Shown piece by piece: positions 36,179 to 46,946 of a stretch of 64,000 nucleotides of DNA (position 1 is the stretch's first letter; each line of letters starts with the position of its first letter). The stretch is from a candidate division WWE3 bacterium RIFOXYB1_FULL_43_24 (lineage in GTDB: Bacteria > Patescibacteriota > WWE3 > UBA101185 > UBA10185). Position numbers and translations under genes: made by a program. The notes under the pieces are model-generated. The model made no database searches. It had not been told where the DNA came from and was given only the letters and a program-made list of their open reading frames with translations. The stretch lies in contig MEVX01000003.1 of assembly GCA_001773135.1 (NCBI GenBank), positions 172-64,171 of the forward strand, written 5' to 3'.

Positions 36179-37648
36179 TTATTTTTTCAGTGCCTTGACA
36201 AATTTTTTAACGTAACCGATTCCGCTCTGTACTTCTTTTTTAGTCAGATAGCCCGGTATGAAAAACGCCCATATTAACATTCCGAATAAAAACGGAAAGA
36301 AGATTATCTTCATGTTTAACGGCAACAAGGCGATCATGGAAATTGAAAAAGCCTGCGCAAGTATTGCAAGATGGTCGATGTTGAAATAACTAAATTTTAG
36401 TTTTTTATTGATCGCAAGACTGATATATAAAAAGGACGCCGCAGAACCGAAAGCCATTGCCCAAGCCATACCCTGAAGGGCACCGATAGTGTGGTAAGTT
36501 GCGAAAAAGAATGCTGCTGTAGCAGCTATCAATAATGTAAAACCGGCTATCATGTGCTTAACCATCTTCGCGGGAATTAAAACACTTGATTTCACAATAT
36601 TAATAAAAGAGTAGAGGATAAAAGCAAAAATCACCGGTGCAATTAAGACATACGAATCCTGATATTTATCCCCTCCCACTACCAAATTTACTATCTCAGG
36701 AGCCCAATAGGATGCAAATGCAGCTGCCGCTATAACACTTATAAAAATCTTGTCAAAGTTTTTGGTAAAAAGTCTTTTGAAATCCGCGAAATCTTTTACG
36801 TATTTTTCGGAAAGAACCGGAAGGCTTACGTCGGTAACCGCGTCAGAAATACTTAGTAATTTTTTTGCGTACAACAAAGCAAACGCAAAAATGGCGACTA
36901 CTTCAGGAGAGTTAAATAATCCAAGTACATTATTTCCGAATTTCTCCCAGTTGGTATAAATAATTTTTACAAGATAAATTCCCATACTTATAGAAAATAT
37001 TTCTTTAAACAAACGTTTAAAATCCGAGCGGCTCGGCAACTGCATACTGCCTCTCAGAGGTTTGAAAGCCATATAACCCAAAATAACGGAACTTAACGCA
37101 TTAAACATAAAAAACGCGTAGAAATAGCCATTTACTCTGTAAGTTAATACCAATGGGATAAAGATAACCACGCTTGCCGCGGCTATCGCTATTTGGTAAA
37201 GAAAAAGTTGCTTAAATCTTTTTGTACCTGATATAACCGAGTTCATAATACTTTGCACACCTTGAAACAGTAATGTCAGCGCATAAATTTTAATGGGTAA
37301 GACGAGAACCTCATTTTTATAAATATCGATGGCAACATATTTTGCCGCGAAAAAAAGTCCGATAGAGATAGGGACCGTAATGGCGTAACGTATTACGGCT
37401 GAAGTTATGAATATTTTGAATACTTCCTTGTCGTCTTCCGCCGAGGAAATTTCACGGGTGCTTGCCGAGGCAAGACCAAGGTGCTGATAAATTCCCAGCG
37501 CACCACCAATGGAAATTGCGAGCTGAATAACTCCCCACTCCCCCACGCTTAAAACGCGGATTATCACAAACGTCTGAACCAGTCCCAAAAGCATTGCCGT
37601 GGACCTCGACGCAAAACTTATTATTTGCCACTTCCCGAGTTCTTTCAT
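36179..37648 (-). CDS. Wzx-like flippase
   Basis: RVLSVGEWG, LGL..A..REIS, LPVLSE; many TM helices. Confidence 0.8.
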   Translation of the reverse strand: MKELGKWQIISFASRSTAMLLGLVQTFVIIRVLSVGEWGVIQLAISIGGALGIYQHLGLASASTREISSAEDDKEVFKIFITSAVIRYAITVPISIGLFFAAKYVAIDIYKNEVLVLPIKIYALTLLFQGVQSIMNSVISGTKRFKQLFLYQIAIAAASVVIFIPLVLTYRVNGYFYAFFMFNALSSVILGYMAFKPLRGSMQLPSRSDFKRLFKEIFSISMGIYLVKIIYTNWEKFGNNVLGLFNSPEVVAIFAFALLYAKKLLSISDAVTDVSLPVLSEKYVKDFADFKRLFTKNFDKIFISVIAAAAFASYWAPEIVNLVVGGDKYQDSYVLIAPVIFAFILYSFINIVKSSVLIPAKMVKHMIAGFTLLIAATAAFFFATYHTIGALQGMAWAMAFGSAASFLYISLAINKKLKFSYFNIDHLAILAQAFSISMIALLPLNMKIIFFPFLFGMLIWAFFIPGYLTKKEVQSGIGYVKKFVKALKK

Positions 37649-37652
37649 AGTT

Positions 37653-39761
37653 CTACTTTATAAGTATATTCCCCAGGTATAAATTTCTGGTCTTCACTTT
37701 ATTAGACATGCCGGCAAAAACCCTGTAATCACCGGGGTCCAAAAAAGACGGGAAGTTAATCTTAAGATCCTCAATATAGTAGCGGTCAGAATCCCAATCG
37801 GCAGGCTGAATTAGCGAAAAAGACGGGAGGCTCGCTATTTCGTAAAGATCGCCTGTCTTCTCATTCATAAAAGTCATATACATAACAAAACCGTTTAAGG
37901 AATCACTTTCTCTTTTGAAAAAGACAAGTCTGAAATTTTCCGGAATACCTCTTGACACTTCTTTAGGATAATCAAAATCAGCTATTTCGGTTCCGAACAA
38001 AATATTGTATTCGTATTTTGCCGGATAATTGAACTTTTCCTGCATAGGAAGCAGATCAGTTTTTTCATGCGGACCTACCTTTTTGAAAACAAATAAGTTT
38101 CCGCACCCGGTCAGCAGTTCATAATCTTTGCTTTTAATTATATCTCCGGTGACGTCGCGCACTAAGCTTGTTTCAACATCTAATATGGTTAGTATTTTGC
38201 GCGAGAAAACATCGACTATCACATAATCAGCGCTGGTGTACAAAGCCGGGAATATTGCGTAAGTTTCTCTTAAAGACAAATGAGCTCCTAAATAGTCAGG
38301 GCCTGTAACCGAAACTCCATCAGGTATCAAACCGACTATCTTCTCGGCGCACTCAACGTCTTTGTTATCCAAGTCCGGAAGTTTTACTACATCTCCCACT
38401 TTTAGTCTGCTTTTCCACACAGCTTCGGGGTCCGACCCTGCAAAAACCCTTTTTCGCACTGCCTGGTCTATCCAAAGATAGACGGGGTTGTTAAAGGCGT
38501 ACGATGTCCTAATACCTGCAACAACCAAAACCAGGGAAAAGAGTATCTGAACGCCTTTTATTACACGCGGGCGCCTTTTTCTAAAGTTACCCAAAGCATC
38601 CGCAATCATTCCGATGGCATAAATAGTTGATATGAAAAGAACAGGAATTATCATGGAGATTCTATGGTTCGTTATTTCTGCCGTACCGACACCGTCCGCC
38701 GAAGTCAGGTAATTTATTAAAAAGTCGGGGACGGCCATTAGTAATATCTGAGGGTATGCTAGGGGTAAAAATAAAAGGGGATCAAAAGTTTTTCTTAGAT
38801 TATCTATCCTGTCCCCTCCGAAAAATATTCTGATTGCTTTTTGGTGGTCCAGAACCATTCCTACAAGAACGTCGGTGTAGGATTCGCCGAAGGCATCGTA
38901 TCTGCTTAAAAAATAGTTGGGTTTTGAAACGTCACGTGTGGTATCACCCACAATACCTATCTCACGCGCAAACTTGTTATATCCCGTAACTCTATACTGT
39001 GAGTATGCCGGTATTATTATAAAGAATGCGGCTACAAACCAAAGAGAAGCAACCACAAACATAGACAACGCGAGTTTGCCCGTGATAGTTTGATAAAATT
39101 TCTTGCCTTCTTCTTTAAGAGGTCTGCAAAAAAGTATAAACAGCGAATACATAATGACATATAGAGGGAGCTGTTCTTTTCCGGCCATTGTAATGATAAG
39201 AAGCACCCAAAATATAATTAGGTTCTTTTTGCTGAAGTTTTTCTCTTTATACATTTTCTCGAAAACGTAGAATGCCCCGAAAAAGAAAGGTACTGCCGCC
39301 GTAACCCCGTGAAATCCGGTCCACGCGTTTAAATAACCTAAAGCCGGGTATAAAAGATATGAGATGCCCAGCATTGCCGACGCCGCCTTAGAGCCCAGCC
39401 TCAGATAAGCGATCTTGTAGACCAAAAAGGCTGAAAGGATAACCATCACGAACTGCGAGACTACCAGCGTGAGTGGGTGCTGATATAGTGCGAACAAAGG
39501 AAGGAACAGCAGTAGTATCGGATCGACATGACTCATTGCCCACCTGGGTAAGTTGGTTCCGAAATAATCGGTGAGATACATAAATCTCCCGTGCATGGTG
39601 TTCCAAAGCATCTGCGACATGTTACCAAGATCAAATTTTCCGAAATCGAAATTGTTGTAGCGAAATATATTTATACGTAAATTCACGGCAATATTTATTA
39701 CAGCAAGTGCCGCAAGTAACAATATAAATATATTTTCCCTAATAAATTTTATGATTTTCAT
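37653..39761 (-). CDS. DUF2079-like membrane protein (putative GT-C)
   Basis: FDLGNM.Q..WN, HVDPIL, YLLYP, FH, KE motifs; soluble C-terminal domain. Confidence 0.65.
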   Translation of the reverse strand: MKIIKFIRENIFILLLAALAVINIAVNLRINIFRYNNFDFGKFDLGNMSQMLWNTMHGRFMYLTDYFGTNLPRWAMSHVDPILLLFLPLFALYQHPLTLVVSQFVMVILSAFLVYKIAYLRLGSKAASAMLGISYLLYPALGYLNAWTGFHGVTAAVPFFFGAFYVFEKMYKEKNFSKKNLIIFWVLLIITMAGKEQLPLYVIMYSLFILFCRPLKEEGKKFYQTITGKLALSMFVVASLWFVAAFFIIIPAYSQYRVTGYNKFAREIGIVGDTTRDVSKPNYFLSRYDAFGESYTDVLVGMVLDHQKAIRIFFGGDRIDNLRKTFDPLLFLPLAYPQILLMAVPDFLINYLTSADGVGTAEITNHRISMIIPVLFISTIYAIGMIADALGNFRKRRPRVIKGVQILFSLVLVVAGIRTSYAFNNPVYLWIDQAVRKRVFAGSDPEAVWKSRLKVGDVVKLPDLDNKDVECAEKIVGLIPDGVSVTGPDYLGAHLSLRETYAIFPALYTSADYVIVDVFSRKILTILDVETSLVRDVTGDIIKSKDYELLTGCGNLFVFKKVGPHEKTDLLPMQEKFNYPAKYEYNILFGTEIADFDYPKEVSRGIPENFRLVFFKRESDSLNGFVMYMTFMNEKTGDLYEIASLPSFSLIQPADWDSDRYYIEDLKINFPSFLDPGDYRVFAGMSNKVKTRNLYLGNILIK

Positions 39762-39769
39762 CTTACCCG

Positions 39770-40456
39770 TCAGTCCGTAAATCTATATTTTATTAGCGTG
39801 AACAATGCGTGTATTCCATCTCTCCAAGTTATCTTTTTACCTTCGCTATGTGTACGCCCTCTATATGAGATTGGAACTTCTCTTATCTTTAAACCCGACT
39901 TCAATATTTTTGCCGTAATTTCAGGTTCAAAATCAAACCTTTCTGATTTTATATTCACTTTTCTCACAAAATCTCCCGGCATTAATTTATAGCAGGTCTC
40001 CATATCGGTAAGCATTACACCGAAGAAAATGTTCGTAATTAACGTAAGTAATTTGTTACCGAAGTAATGTAGTGTTGACATATCCTCGTAACTTCCCGAA
40101 AATCTGCTTCCATATATAACCTGCGCGTTGTACTCGTCTAACGCACGGATAAGTTTGTGGTAATCATTGGGATCGTACTCAAGGTCGGCGTCTTGCACAA
40201 TTACGTAGTCTCCGGTAGTATGCTGAAACCCGAGCTTCAGTGTGTGACCTTTTCCCCTATTTTTCTCTTTATAGTAGAACCGGATATCGGGATGAACCTT
40301 TTCCAACTCTTTTAGAATGTCGGTTGTGCCGTCGGTAGAAGCGTCGTCCACTACGATTATTTCTTTGTCTATACCTTCAACAGCCTTGATCTCGTCCAAA
40401 ATTTTCTCGATCGTGTTTTTTTCGTTGTACACGGGAACAACAATAGATAGTTTCAT
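39770..40456 (-). CDS. GT2, DPM1-like polyprenol-phosphate sugar synthase
   Basis: LSIVVPVYNE, VDDASTDGT, QDADLEYDP, YGSRF, TDMETCYK. Confidence 0.9.
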   Translation of the reverse strand: MKLSIVVPVYNEKNTIEKILDEIKAVEGIDKEIIVVDDASTDGTTDILKELEKVHPDIRFYYKEKNRGKGHTLKLGFQHTTGDYVIVQDADLEYDPNDYHKLIRALDEYNAQVIYGSRFSGSYEDMSTLHYFGNKLLTLITNIFFGVMLTDMETCYKLMPGDFVRKVNIKSERFDFEPEITAKILKSGLKIREVPISYRGRTHSEGKKITWRDGIHALFTLIKYRFTD

Positions 40457-40458
40457 AT

Positions 40459-41970
40459 TTAGTCCTTCCGTTCAAACCTTACAATTTTAGCAAAAAACTC
40501 CGCACCATTTACATTATAACTAAAATCCTTCACAGGCTTCAGATATGGCCTGGATTCCAAATCCAGCTCCATTGTAGTGTTGTGCTCATTAGTAATTAGA
40601 AAATAATCCGCTCCGGTCGATTTTAAGGCTTCGTAAGTCAGGTTCTTTTTACTTTCGGTGTTGTAGTAAAAACCGGATATCTTCGGGGTATCCAAAACAT
40701 TAAGATAAAAATCCGAAACACTACTAACGTCATTGTAAGCAACCTTACCTTCAAGATTGTAGGATGCGTATTCTGCCGCATTTTTTACCGAAATGAAGAT
40801 ATCTTTGTGTAATTTAATTACCGATCCGGACCAAAGCGACATAATCACCGCCAGAGAGACTGCCGAAAGGAGAAAGTTCTTTTTTACTATAAAAAATACA
40901 GCAGCTATCTGGAATAAAAATAAAACTCCCAGCAACACCTTATCCAAAACCAGAAATTGTAATTTGAGAAAATACTGAGAACCTGCGTACAAGAATAGTA
41001 AGGACGCCGCACAAATATATATAAATTTACTTTCTTTCCCATCCTCCCACCACTTTTCCAAACTCAAGGTTAGCAAGAGGATCAAAAGAGGAACAACGGC
41101 GACGAATAATCTGGGTATCGCTGCCGGCCACAGAAGTATCAATAAAAGTTCGAGGAATAGAAATATTGAAATGTGAGGATTACTTGTAATAAATTTCCAC
41201 GTACTCTTTTTTACAAATGAAAACGCCGGGACAAAACCAAAGATCGCAAGCAGACTCGCAATATAAATCCAAATCATCCGCGAGTCGTAAGCGCGGCCTG
41301 CCGGTTCCTCCAGGTATGTGGACGAGAACGGGCTGCGGTATAAAAACCAGGGCAATAAAACAACCAACGCTCCAAGTCCGTAATAAACGTAATTTTTTAG
41401 CTTTCTTCTGTGCTCGATAGATAATGCTAGAAATAAAGAACCTGCCAGAATATATCCTTCAAATCTGGTGAGAATGGATAGCCCGGCAACAACACCTAGG
41501 ATAAATAACCTTTTATTACTCCAACTGCCCTTCCATTTTTTATACAAATAAATTGCGAGAAGAGACAGCAGCGCAAACGGAACATCAGCCATTACTCTTA
41601 TCGACCAGTACAAAAAATCCGGATTAAAAAGAAGTAGTAGCATCCCCAAAAAGACAAAACGTTCGTCTTTAATATACTGCTTTAAAAATTTACTGAATAA
41701 AACCATTCCGGCAAACCCGGCTACGAGCATAAACCCTCTTGCCCACATAACGGGATCAATTGCTTCCGGTCTGACGGCTAAAAACAGCGAGTACAAGGGA
41801 GGCCTCTTCTCATCTTCAGGATAACTTCCGTCTCTAATAAATTCAGATGCTCGGAGAATTCTGTAAGAATCCCCCCATTCCGCCGTGTTTATATTTAGCA
41901 AAAGAAAATGCACAATAATAAACAAAACGTAGGGTAGGTACTTAAATATAGTTTTTGATTGCAAAGTCAT
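40459..41970 (-). CDS. GT-C (ArnT/PMT-like) membrane glycosyltransferase
   Basis: WGDS, KRPPLYS, LTRFEG; many TM helices. Confidence 0.7.
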   Translation of the reverse strand: MTLQSKTIFKYLPYVLFIIVHFLLLNINTAEWGDSYRILRASEFIRDGSYPEDEKRPPLYSLFLAVRPEAIDPVMWARGFMLVAGFAGMVLFSKFLKQYIKDERFVFLGMLLLLFNPDFLYWSIRVMADVPFALLSLLAIYLYKKWKGSWSNKRLFILGVVAGLSILTRFEGYILAGSLFLALSIEHRRKLKNYVYYGLGALVVLLPWFLYRSPFSSTYLEEPAGRAYDSRMIWIYIASLLAIFGFVPAFSFVKKSTWKFITSNPHISIFLFLELLLILLWPAAIPRLFVAVVPLLILLLTLSLEKWWEDGKESKFIYICAASLLFLYAGSQYFLKLQFLVLDKVLLGVLFLFQIAAVFFIVKKNFLLSAVSLAVIMSLWSGSVIKLHKDIFISVKNAAEYASYNLEGKVAYNDVSSVSDFYLNVLDTPKISGFYYNTESKKNLTYEALKSTGADYFLITNEHNTTMELDLESRPYLKPVKDFSYNVNGAEFFAKIVRFERKD

Positions 41971-43135
41971 ATATTCCGTCTATTCCCTCTATTTTTGTAT
42001 TCCACGAGTGTTTAGATCTTATGAGCTGGACATCAACATCTCTCGGGGTACTTGTTATTTCTAAAATTTTATTTGCAATCGTTTGGGGTTCCAGATTTTC
42101 AAGATAAAACACGCCTCTTATATCTTCGTTTATTTTAAAACCGGAAACCAGACAGGGAATACCGCACGACAGCCCCTGCATAACAGCTTTAGGCAACCCT
42201 TCCCATGAGGAAGGAAGCACGAATATATCTGATACCTGGTAAGCAATTGGAACGTGGGGGTAGGGAGTATAGCCTGTTTTAATTATTCTGGACTCCAGTT
42301 TTTTTAGTTTTATCTGCTCATTTAACTTTTCTACATAAGTCGGATCGCCCGTTCCTGAAAGCAGTAATTTATAATCTCCGGGTAACAACGCGAGCGCATC
42401 AATTAACAAGTGGATGTTTTTTCTTTCGTTCATTACACCGTGGTTGAGTATAACTTTATCGAATCTGTCGAATCCTATTTCTCTGCGGGACTTATCTTTT
42501 TCTTCCTCGCCCACGGGTACGAACATTTCCGTGTTTACTCCGGTCTCGATTAAGAAACATTTGGCCGGATTTGCACCGTAATATTCCTGCGCTTCTTTAA
42601 CGTTATCCGCACTAACAAAAATACACGCAGATGCCGCTTTTACTGCCATCTTGTCAGAAAAAACAGCCATCGGCCAACCCAGCATCTTAGACATGGGCTT
42701 GATGGGCTTTCCCTGCTTCTCAAACGTAACCCATCTGCCTTTTGCGGTATTGTGAAAGTGAACAACTAAAGGTATTTTAAGTTCTTTTGCCCAGGGGAAA
42801 TGCTTTTTCAAAAATACTCTGTAAACGTAAAGCCATATTGCAAAATGCCCGTGGCAGTGAATTACGTCAGGCTTATTTGTTTTTCTGTATTTTAAATAGC
42901 GGAAAAATAGAACAACACTGCTTGTGAAAAAAATTGTATCGGGGTAAGGTTCCCGGTCGATGGCGTTGATTTCTAAACCGTCAAGTTTTACGGGGCCGCC
43001 CGAGTTAGGCCACTGTCCGCAGAACAAAGTTACTTTATGCCCTTGCTTCAGCTGTGCTGCCGTAATTTCGTATGGATGGGGAGCCAGTCCCTGCCAGGGA
43101 TTTGGCCAGTCATATACTATTCTTAAAATATTCAT
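41942..43135 (-). CDS. GT4 family glycosyltransferase
   Basis: TGVN, RKNI, FVLPSSWEGLPK. Confidence 0.88.
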   Translation of the reverse strand: MNILRIVYDWPNPWQGLAPHPYEITAAQLKQGHKVTLFCGQWPNSGGPVKLDGLEINAIDREPYPDTIFFTSSVVLFFRYLKYRKTNKPDVIHCHGHFAIWLYVYRVFLKKHFPWAKELKIPLVVHFHNTAKGRWVTFEKQGKPIKPMSKMLGWPMAVFSDKMAVKAASACIFVSADNVKEAQEYYGANPAKCFLIETGVNTEMFVPVGEEEKDKSRREIGFDRFDKVILNHGVMNERKNIHLLIDALALLPGDYKLLLSGTGDPTYVEKLNEQIKLKKLESRIIKTGYTPYPHVPIAYQVSDIFVLPSSWEGLPKAVMQGLSCGIPCLVSGFKINEDIRGVFYLENLEPQTIANKILEITSTPRDVDVQLIRSKHSWNTKIEGIDGIYDFAIKNYI

Positions 43136-44325
43136 GCTCTTATTTCCTTAAATATTTCCTCATAAGAGTCTAACATTTTATCAAGCGTAAATCTCTCCAT
43201 TGCCTTGTTTAAAGCATTAGCACCCATCTTTCGTGCCGTTTCCGGACTATTTTTCAGCTCATTCAATTTACTCTTGAATACATAGAATTTGCCGGGATTT
43301 ACGAGGTATCCCGTCTCCCCGTCTGTAATGGCATCCGAAACACCCCCAAGATTAAAGGCTACGATAGGAAGTTGCCCGAACATAGATTCAACTAAAACCA
43401 TTGGAAAACCTTCGATTCTTGAAGTAGGAAAAACAAAAGCATCGAACCTTGCCGGATTGTACATCCGTAAAACTTCGGTGTAGTCGAGTTTCCCACGCAA
43501 AATTATTCTTCCCTCGCTTTTTCCGGAAATCACACCCAGCTCTTCCTGTAATTCACCTGCTCCTACAATATCTAATGTAAAATCTTTCATGTCTTCGCCG
43601 GCAATTATTTCGGCGAGCTTTCCTATACCCTTCGAACGTATAAGTTGACCCACGTAAAGTAAACGGAATTTTCCGGCAATACCTCTGTCGCCTTCAACCG
43701 GTTCGGTTTTTAGAGGTTTTATTCCATTATTTATGACCCTGACTTTTGATTCTTCAACGAAAGTCTCTTCGACCAAAGCCTTTTTTACTGAATTAGACAC
43801 CGCCACAACAACACCGGAACCATGTACAAACTCACGCTGTACTGTAAAAAAATTTTTAAACACGTGAGGAAGGTCGAGGAAAGATTTTAACAAACCCTTA
43901 ACAGACGGATCGCTTTTTAACTTTGTATGAAGTTCGCCAATCTTCGTTCCGTGAGATATAGAAACGATAGGCAACCCAAACTCTTCCTTGTTTCTAGTCA
44001 CACCTACCGCACCCGAACTCTGTCCTAAAATTAATTCAAATTTTTCTTCTCCGTGCATATCACGGAACACTTCATAAGACTTTGCCACCCAGCTATCTTT
44101 TTTCGAAACTGTTACAGAACTGTACTGCGCTGTTTTACACTCTACAAAAATATATTTAACTCCGTTTTCTACCGCCTGTTCTTTTTCTTTAATAATTCTT
44201 GGGGTAAACACCGTAACTTTGTGGCCGCGTGAAACCAATCCCTCACATAAAAGTTTGTTCTGAGTTTCCAGCCCACCGTAAGAACCGCTGAAGGTCGTGG
44301 ATTTTATAAAGACGGCGATTTTCAT
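43132..44325 (-). CDS. GT4 family glycosyltransferase
   Basis: GGLE, INNGI, VGQLIRSKG, EGFPMVLVESM. Confidence 0.9.
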   Translation of the reverse strand: MKIAVFIKSTTFSGSYGGLETQNKLLCEGLVSRGHKVTVFTPRIIKEKEQAVENGVKYIFVECKTAQYSSVTVSKKDSWVAKSYEVFRDMHGEEKFELILGQSSGAVGVTRNKEEFGLPIVSISHGTKIGELHTKLKSDPSVKGLLKSFLDLPHVFKNFFTVQREFVHGSGVVVAVSNSVKKALVEETFVEESKVRVINNGIKPLKTEPVEGDRGIAGKFRLLYVGQLIRSKGIGKLAEIIAGEDMKDFTLDIVGAGELQEELGVISGKSEGRIILRGKLDYTEVLRMYNPARFDAFVFPTSRIEGFPMVLVESMFGQLPIVAFNLGGVSDAITDGETGYLVNPGKFYVFKSKLNELKNSPETARKMGANALNKAMERFTLDKMLDSYEEIFKEIRA

Positions 44326-45531
44326 TTACAGTGACTCCTTTACAATAAGGTCTTCCAGTTCAACAGCGTTTCTTTCAATATCAAATTCCGAAGATACTTT
44401 ACGGTACGCTTCTTTGGCGAGTCCTTCTGCCAATTGTTTATCGTTTAAAATAAGTTTAAGACCGTCTGCCAAAGCTGACGGGTCTTTTTGAGGAACTATT
44501 ACCCCACTGACACCGTTTTCCAAAAACTCTTTTGTACTCCCGGAGTCCGTGGCCACAATGGGCAAATGCGAGGCAGCTGCCTCTAGCAGAACATTCGCAA
44601 TGCCGTCGGCATCCCCTTCCTCCGTGTTAATGCCGGAAAATACGAATACGTCACTTTCGGCATAATATTTTTGGGTTTCCGAAAACGGAAGACCGGCGCC
44701 CCCTCCCAATATCTCAACATAATCCGATAATCCCAAAGATGAAATCTGTTCACTAAGTTCCGCGTATAAACTACCGGGACCTATTAGCAACATTTTGAAA
44801 CTCATGCCGTCGTTACGGAGAATTTTTGCAGCTTCCAACAAATATTTATGACCTTTTTTCTCTTCGAGACGGCCGATGTTAAGTATCACAGGCACGTCAG
44901 ACTTCCTTCCTGCGCTATCGAACTTTGTGAGGTCTAATCCGTGATATTTTAATATAACTTTGTGGGAATAATCGGGAGCAACTGCCTTAACACAACTTTC
45001 ATGCGCGTGCTTATTGCAGATTAAAACAAAGGTCGCATTCTCGGATTTTTCTTTCATGCAGTGAGGACTAACTGTTATATCTTTCGCGTGCGCAGATATT
45101 GCGTAAGGAACATCGAGCACCATCGCAGCCACCATCACAATGGTGCTGGATTCAGACATAAAGTGTGCGAGTATGAAGTCCGGTTTGGAGGATGAGAAGA
45201 TTTGCGCATAGCCCATACCTTTTAACAAGGTGTAGTACGGGCTGCCACACCCCTTTATAACACCCAAAGCTTTGGAAATATTTTTTCCGGCGTTGAAGAA
45301 AAACCTCAACGACAGTATAAGGTCCAAAATGGAAAGTCTTTTGTATCTCACGAGAGGTTCGAGAACGGGACTCACTTCACCCGACGCCCTAAGCAAAGAC
45401 ATTACGGAAAGGTCCAGATTTCCTCTTTCAGCTATTTTCGCGATCTCGCGTTCAATGAAAGTCTCCGTCAGCACCGGAAATTCCGGTATGAAGATAATGA
45501 CCTTCTTTTTAGTGCTGTCCGGTTGAACCAT
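44326..45531 (-). CDS. GT4 family glycosyltransferase (WcaL-like)
   Basis: FPVLTETFI, AHF, SAHAKD, GRLEEKKG, DGIANVLLEA. Confidence 0.88.
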   Translation of the reverse strand: MVQPDSTKKKVIIFIPEFPVLTETFIEREIAKIAERGNLDLSVMSLLRASGEVSPVLEPLVRYKRLSILDLILSLRFFFNAGKNISKALGVIKGCGSPYYTLLKGMGYAQIFSSSKPDFILAHFMSESSTIVMVAAMVLDVPYAISAHAKDITVSPHCMKEKSENATFVLICNKHAHESCVKAVAPDYSHKVILKYHGLDLTKFDSAGRKSDVPVILNIGRLEEKKGHKYLLEAAKILRNDGMSFKMLLIGPGSLYAELSEQISSLGLSDYVEILGGGAGLPFSETQKYYAESDVFVFSGINTEEGDADGIANVLLEAAASHLPIVATDSGSTKEFLENGVSGVIVPQKDPSALADGLKLILNDKQLAEGLAKEAYRKVSSEFDIERNAVELEDLIVKESL

Positions 45532-46894
45532 TGGTGTTAAGTAGTACCGTCTGATACAAGTTCCTTGTATCTATTTTAACCATACCGTTAGTCCTTTTAC
45601 CAACAGCAAAGTATGTAAAGCCCGTGCTCTCAACTTTTGAACGATCCAGAAGGTTTCTTCCATCAAAAATAACTGGCGATTTCAACATTGCTTTTACCTT
45701 GTCGAGCTCGATTGTTGCAAATTCCTGCCACTCGGTTAGTACAAACAAAGCATCCGCACCCGGCATAGTTTCGTATTTATCCAGACAATATTCAACGTTT
45801 ACCGAACCTAAAACCTGCTTAGCGTTGTACATAGCTTCGGGGTCGTAAACCTTCAATGTTGCACCTAATCCGCGCAACTTCTTGCACAATTCTATTGAAA
45901 CGGAATCTCTTATGTCGTCGGTGTTGCCTTTAAATGCCAAACCTAATATTGCGAACGTTCTTCCGGAAAGATTTTTTCCGAAATGTCTGAGAACTTTATT
46001 CATAAAGTTCTCTCTTTGAGCAATATTGACTTCCATAACGCTTCTTAAAAGCTTGAAATCGTAGTCCTGGTCGGTTGATGTTTTGTATAAGGCTGCAACG
46101 TCCTTAGGGAAACAGCTTCCGCCGTATCCTATACCTGCGTTCAGAAAAGCTGCACCTACTCTTTTGTCTAAACCCATACCTTTTGCAACTACCGTAACGT
46201 CGGCTCCGGCTCTTTCACAGATTTGAGCAATCTCGTTGATAAATGATATTTTTGCAGCCAAAAATCCGTTTGAAGCATACTTAATCATTTCAGCTGACCT
46301 GAGGTCGCACTCAACAATAGGGGTATTCAGATGCTCGTAGAGTCTTCTCATTACAGAGTGAGCTTTTTCGGTCTCGGCACCGACAACAGTTCTGTCGGGT
46401 TTAGCCATATCTTCAACCGAAGAACCTTCTCTTAAAAATTCCGGATTTGAGGCGACATCAAACTCAATCTGCTGGTTAGCAAGATTTTCTTTGATGATCA
46501 TTTTTACTTTTTCATTTGTTCCTACCGGAACAGTACTTTTTGTAACAATAACTTTGTATCCGTTCATACTCTTACCGATGTCTTTTGCAACTTCCCACAC
46601 CTGCGAGAGATCTGCCGCACCCGTGTCGCTTTGAGGAGTGCCCACGCAGATAAATACAATTTCGGCGTCTTTAATACCATCTGCAATTGAAGTCGTGAAC
46701 GAAAGTCTATTTTGCGCTATGTTTCTTAAAACGATCTCTGATAAACCGGGTTCGTAAATCGGCATTTCGCCTTTTTTTATTCTTTCGATCTTTTCGGTGT
46801 CTATATCAACACCCACAACTTCATTACCCCAATCCGAAAAAATTGCAGCTCCTACCAAACCTACATAACCTGTTCCTATTACGCATAGTTTCAT
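45509..46894 (-). CDS. ugd: UDP-glucose 6-dehydrogenase
   Basis: IGTGYVGL, KSTVPVGT, SNPEFLREG, GYGGSCFPKD, GLAFK, DGRN. Confidence 0.95.
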   Translation of the reverse strand: MKLCVIGTGYVGLVGAAIFSDWGNEVVGVDIDTEKIERIKKGEMPIYEPGLSEIVLRNIAQNRLSFTTSIADGIKDAEIVFICVGTPQSDTGAADLSQVWEVAKDIGKSMNGYKVIVTKSTVPVGTNEKVKMIIKENLANQQIEFDVASNPEFLREGSSVEDMAKPDRTVVGAETEKAHSVMRRLYEHLNTPIVECDLRSAEMIKYASNGFLAAKISFINEIAQICERAGADVTVVAKGMGLDKRVGAAFLNAGIGYGGSCFPKDVAALYKTSTDQDYDFKLLRSVMEVNIAQRENFMNKVLRHFGKNLSGRTFAILGLAFKGNTDDIRDSVSIELCKKLRGLGATLKVYDPEAMYNAKQVLGSVNVEYCLDKYETMPGADALFVLTEWQEFATIELDKVKAMLKSPVIFDGRNLLDRSKVESTGFTYFAVGKRTNGMVKIDTRNLYQTVLLNTNGSTGQH

Positions 46895-46946
46895 AGTTTT
46901 ATAAATTTCACCCCGAAATATATACTTAATGACTTTATGAGGGGCG

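Noticed and set aside
46895-46946. Short inverted repeat (ATTTC...GAAAT) upstream of ugd as an operator or ops/JUMPstart element
   Set aside because: Short, AT-rich and no GGCGGTAG ops match
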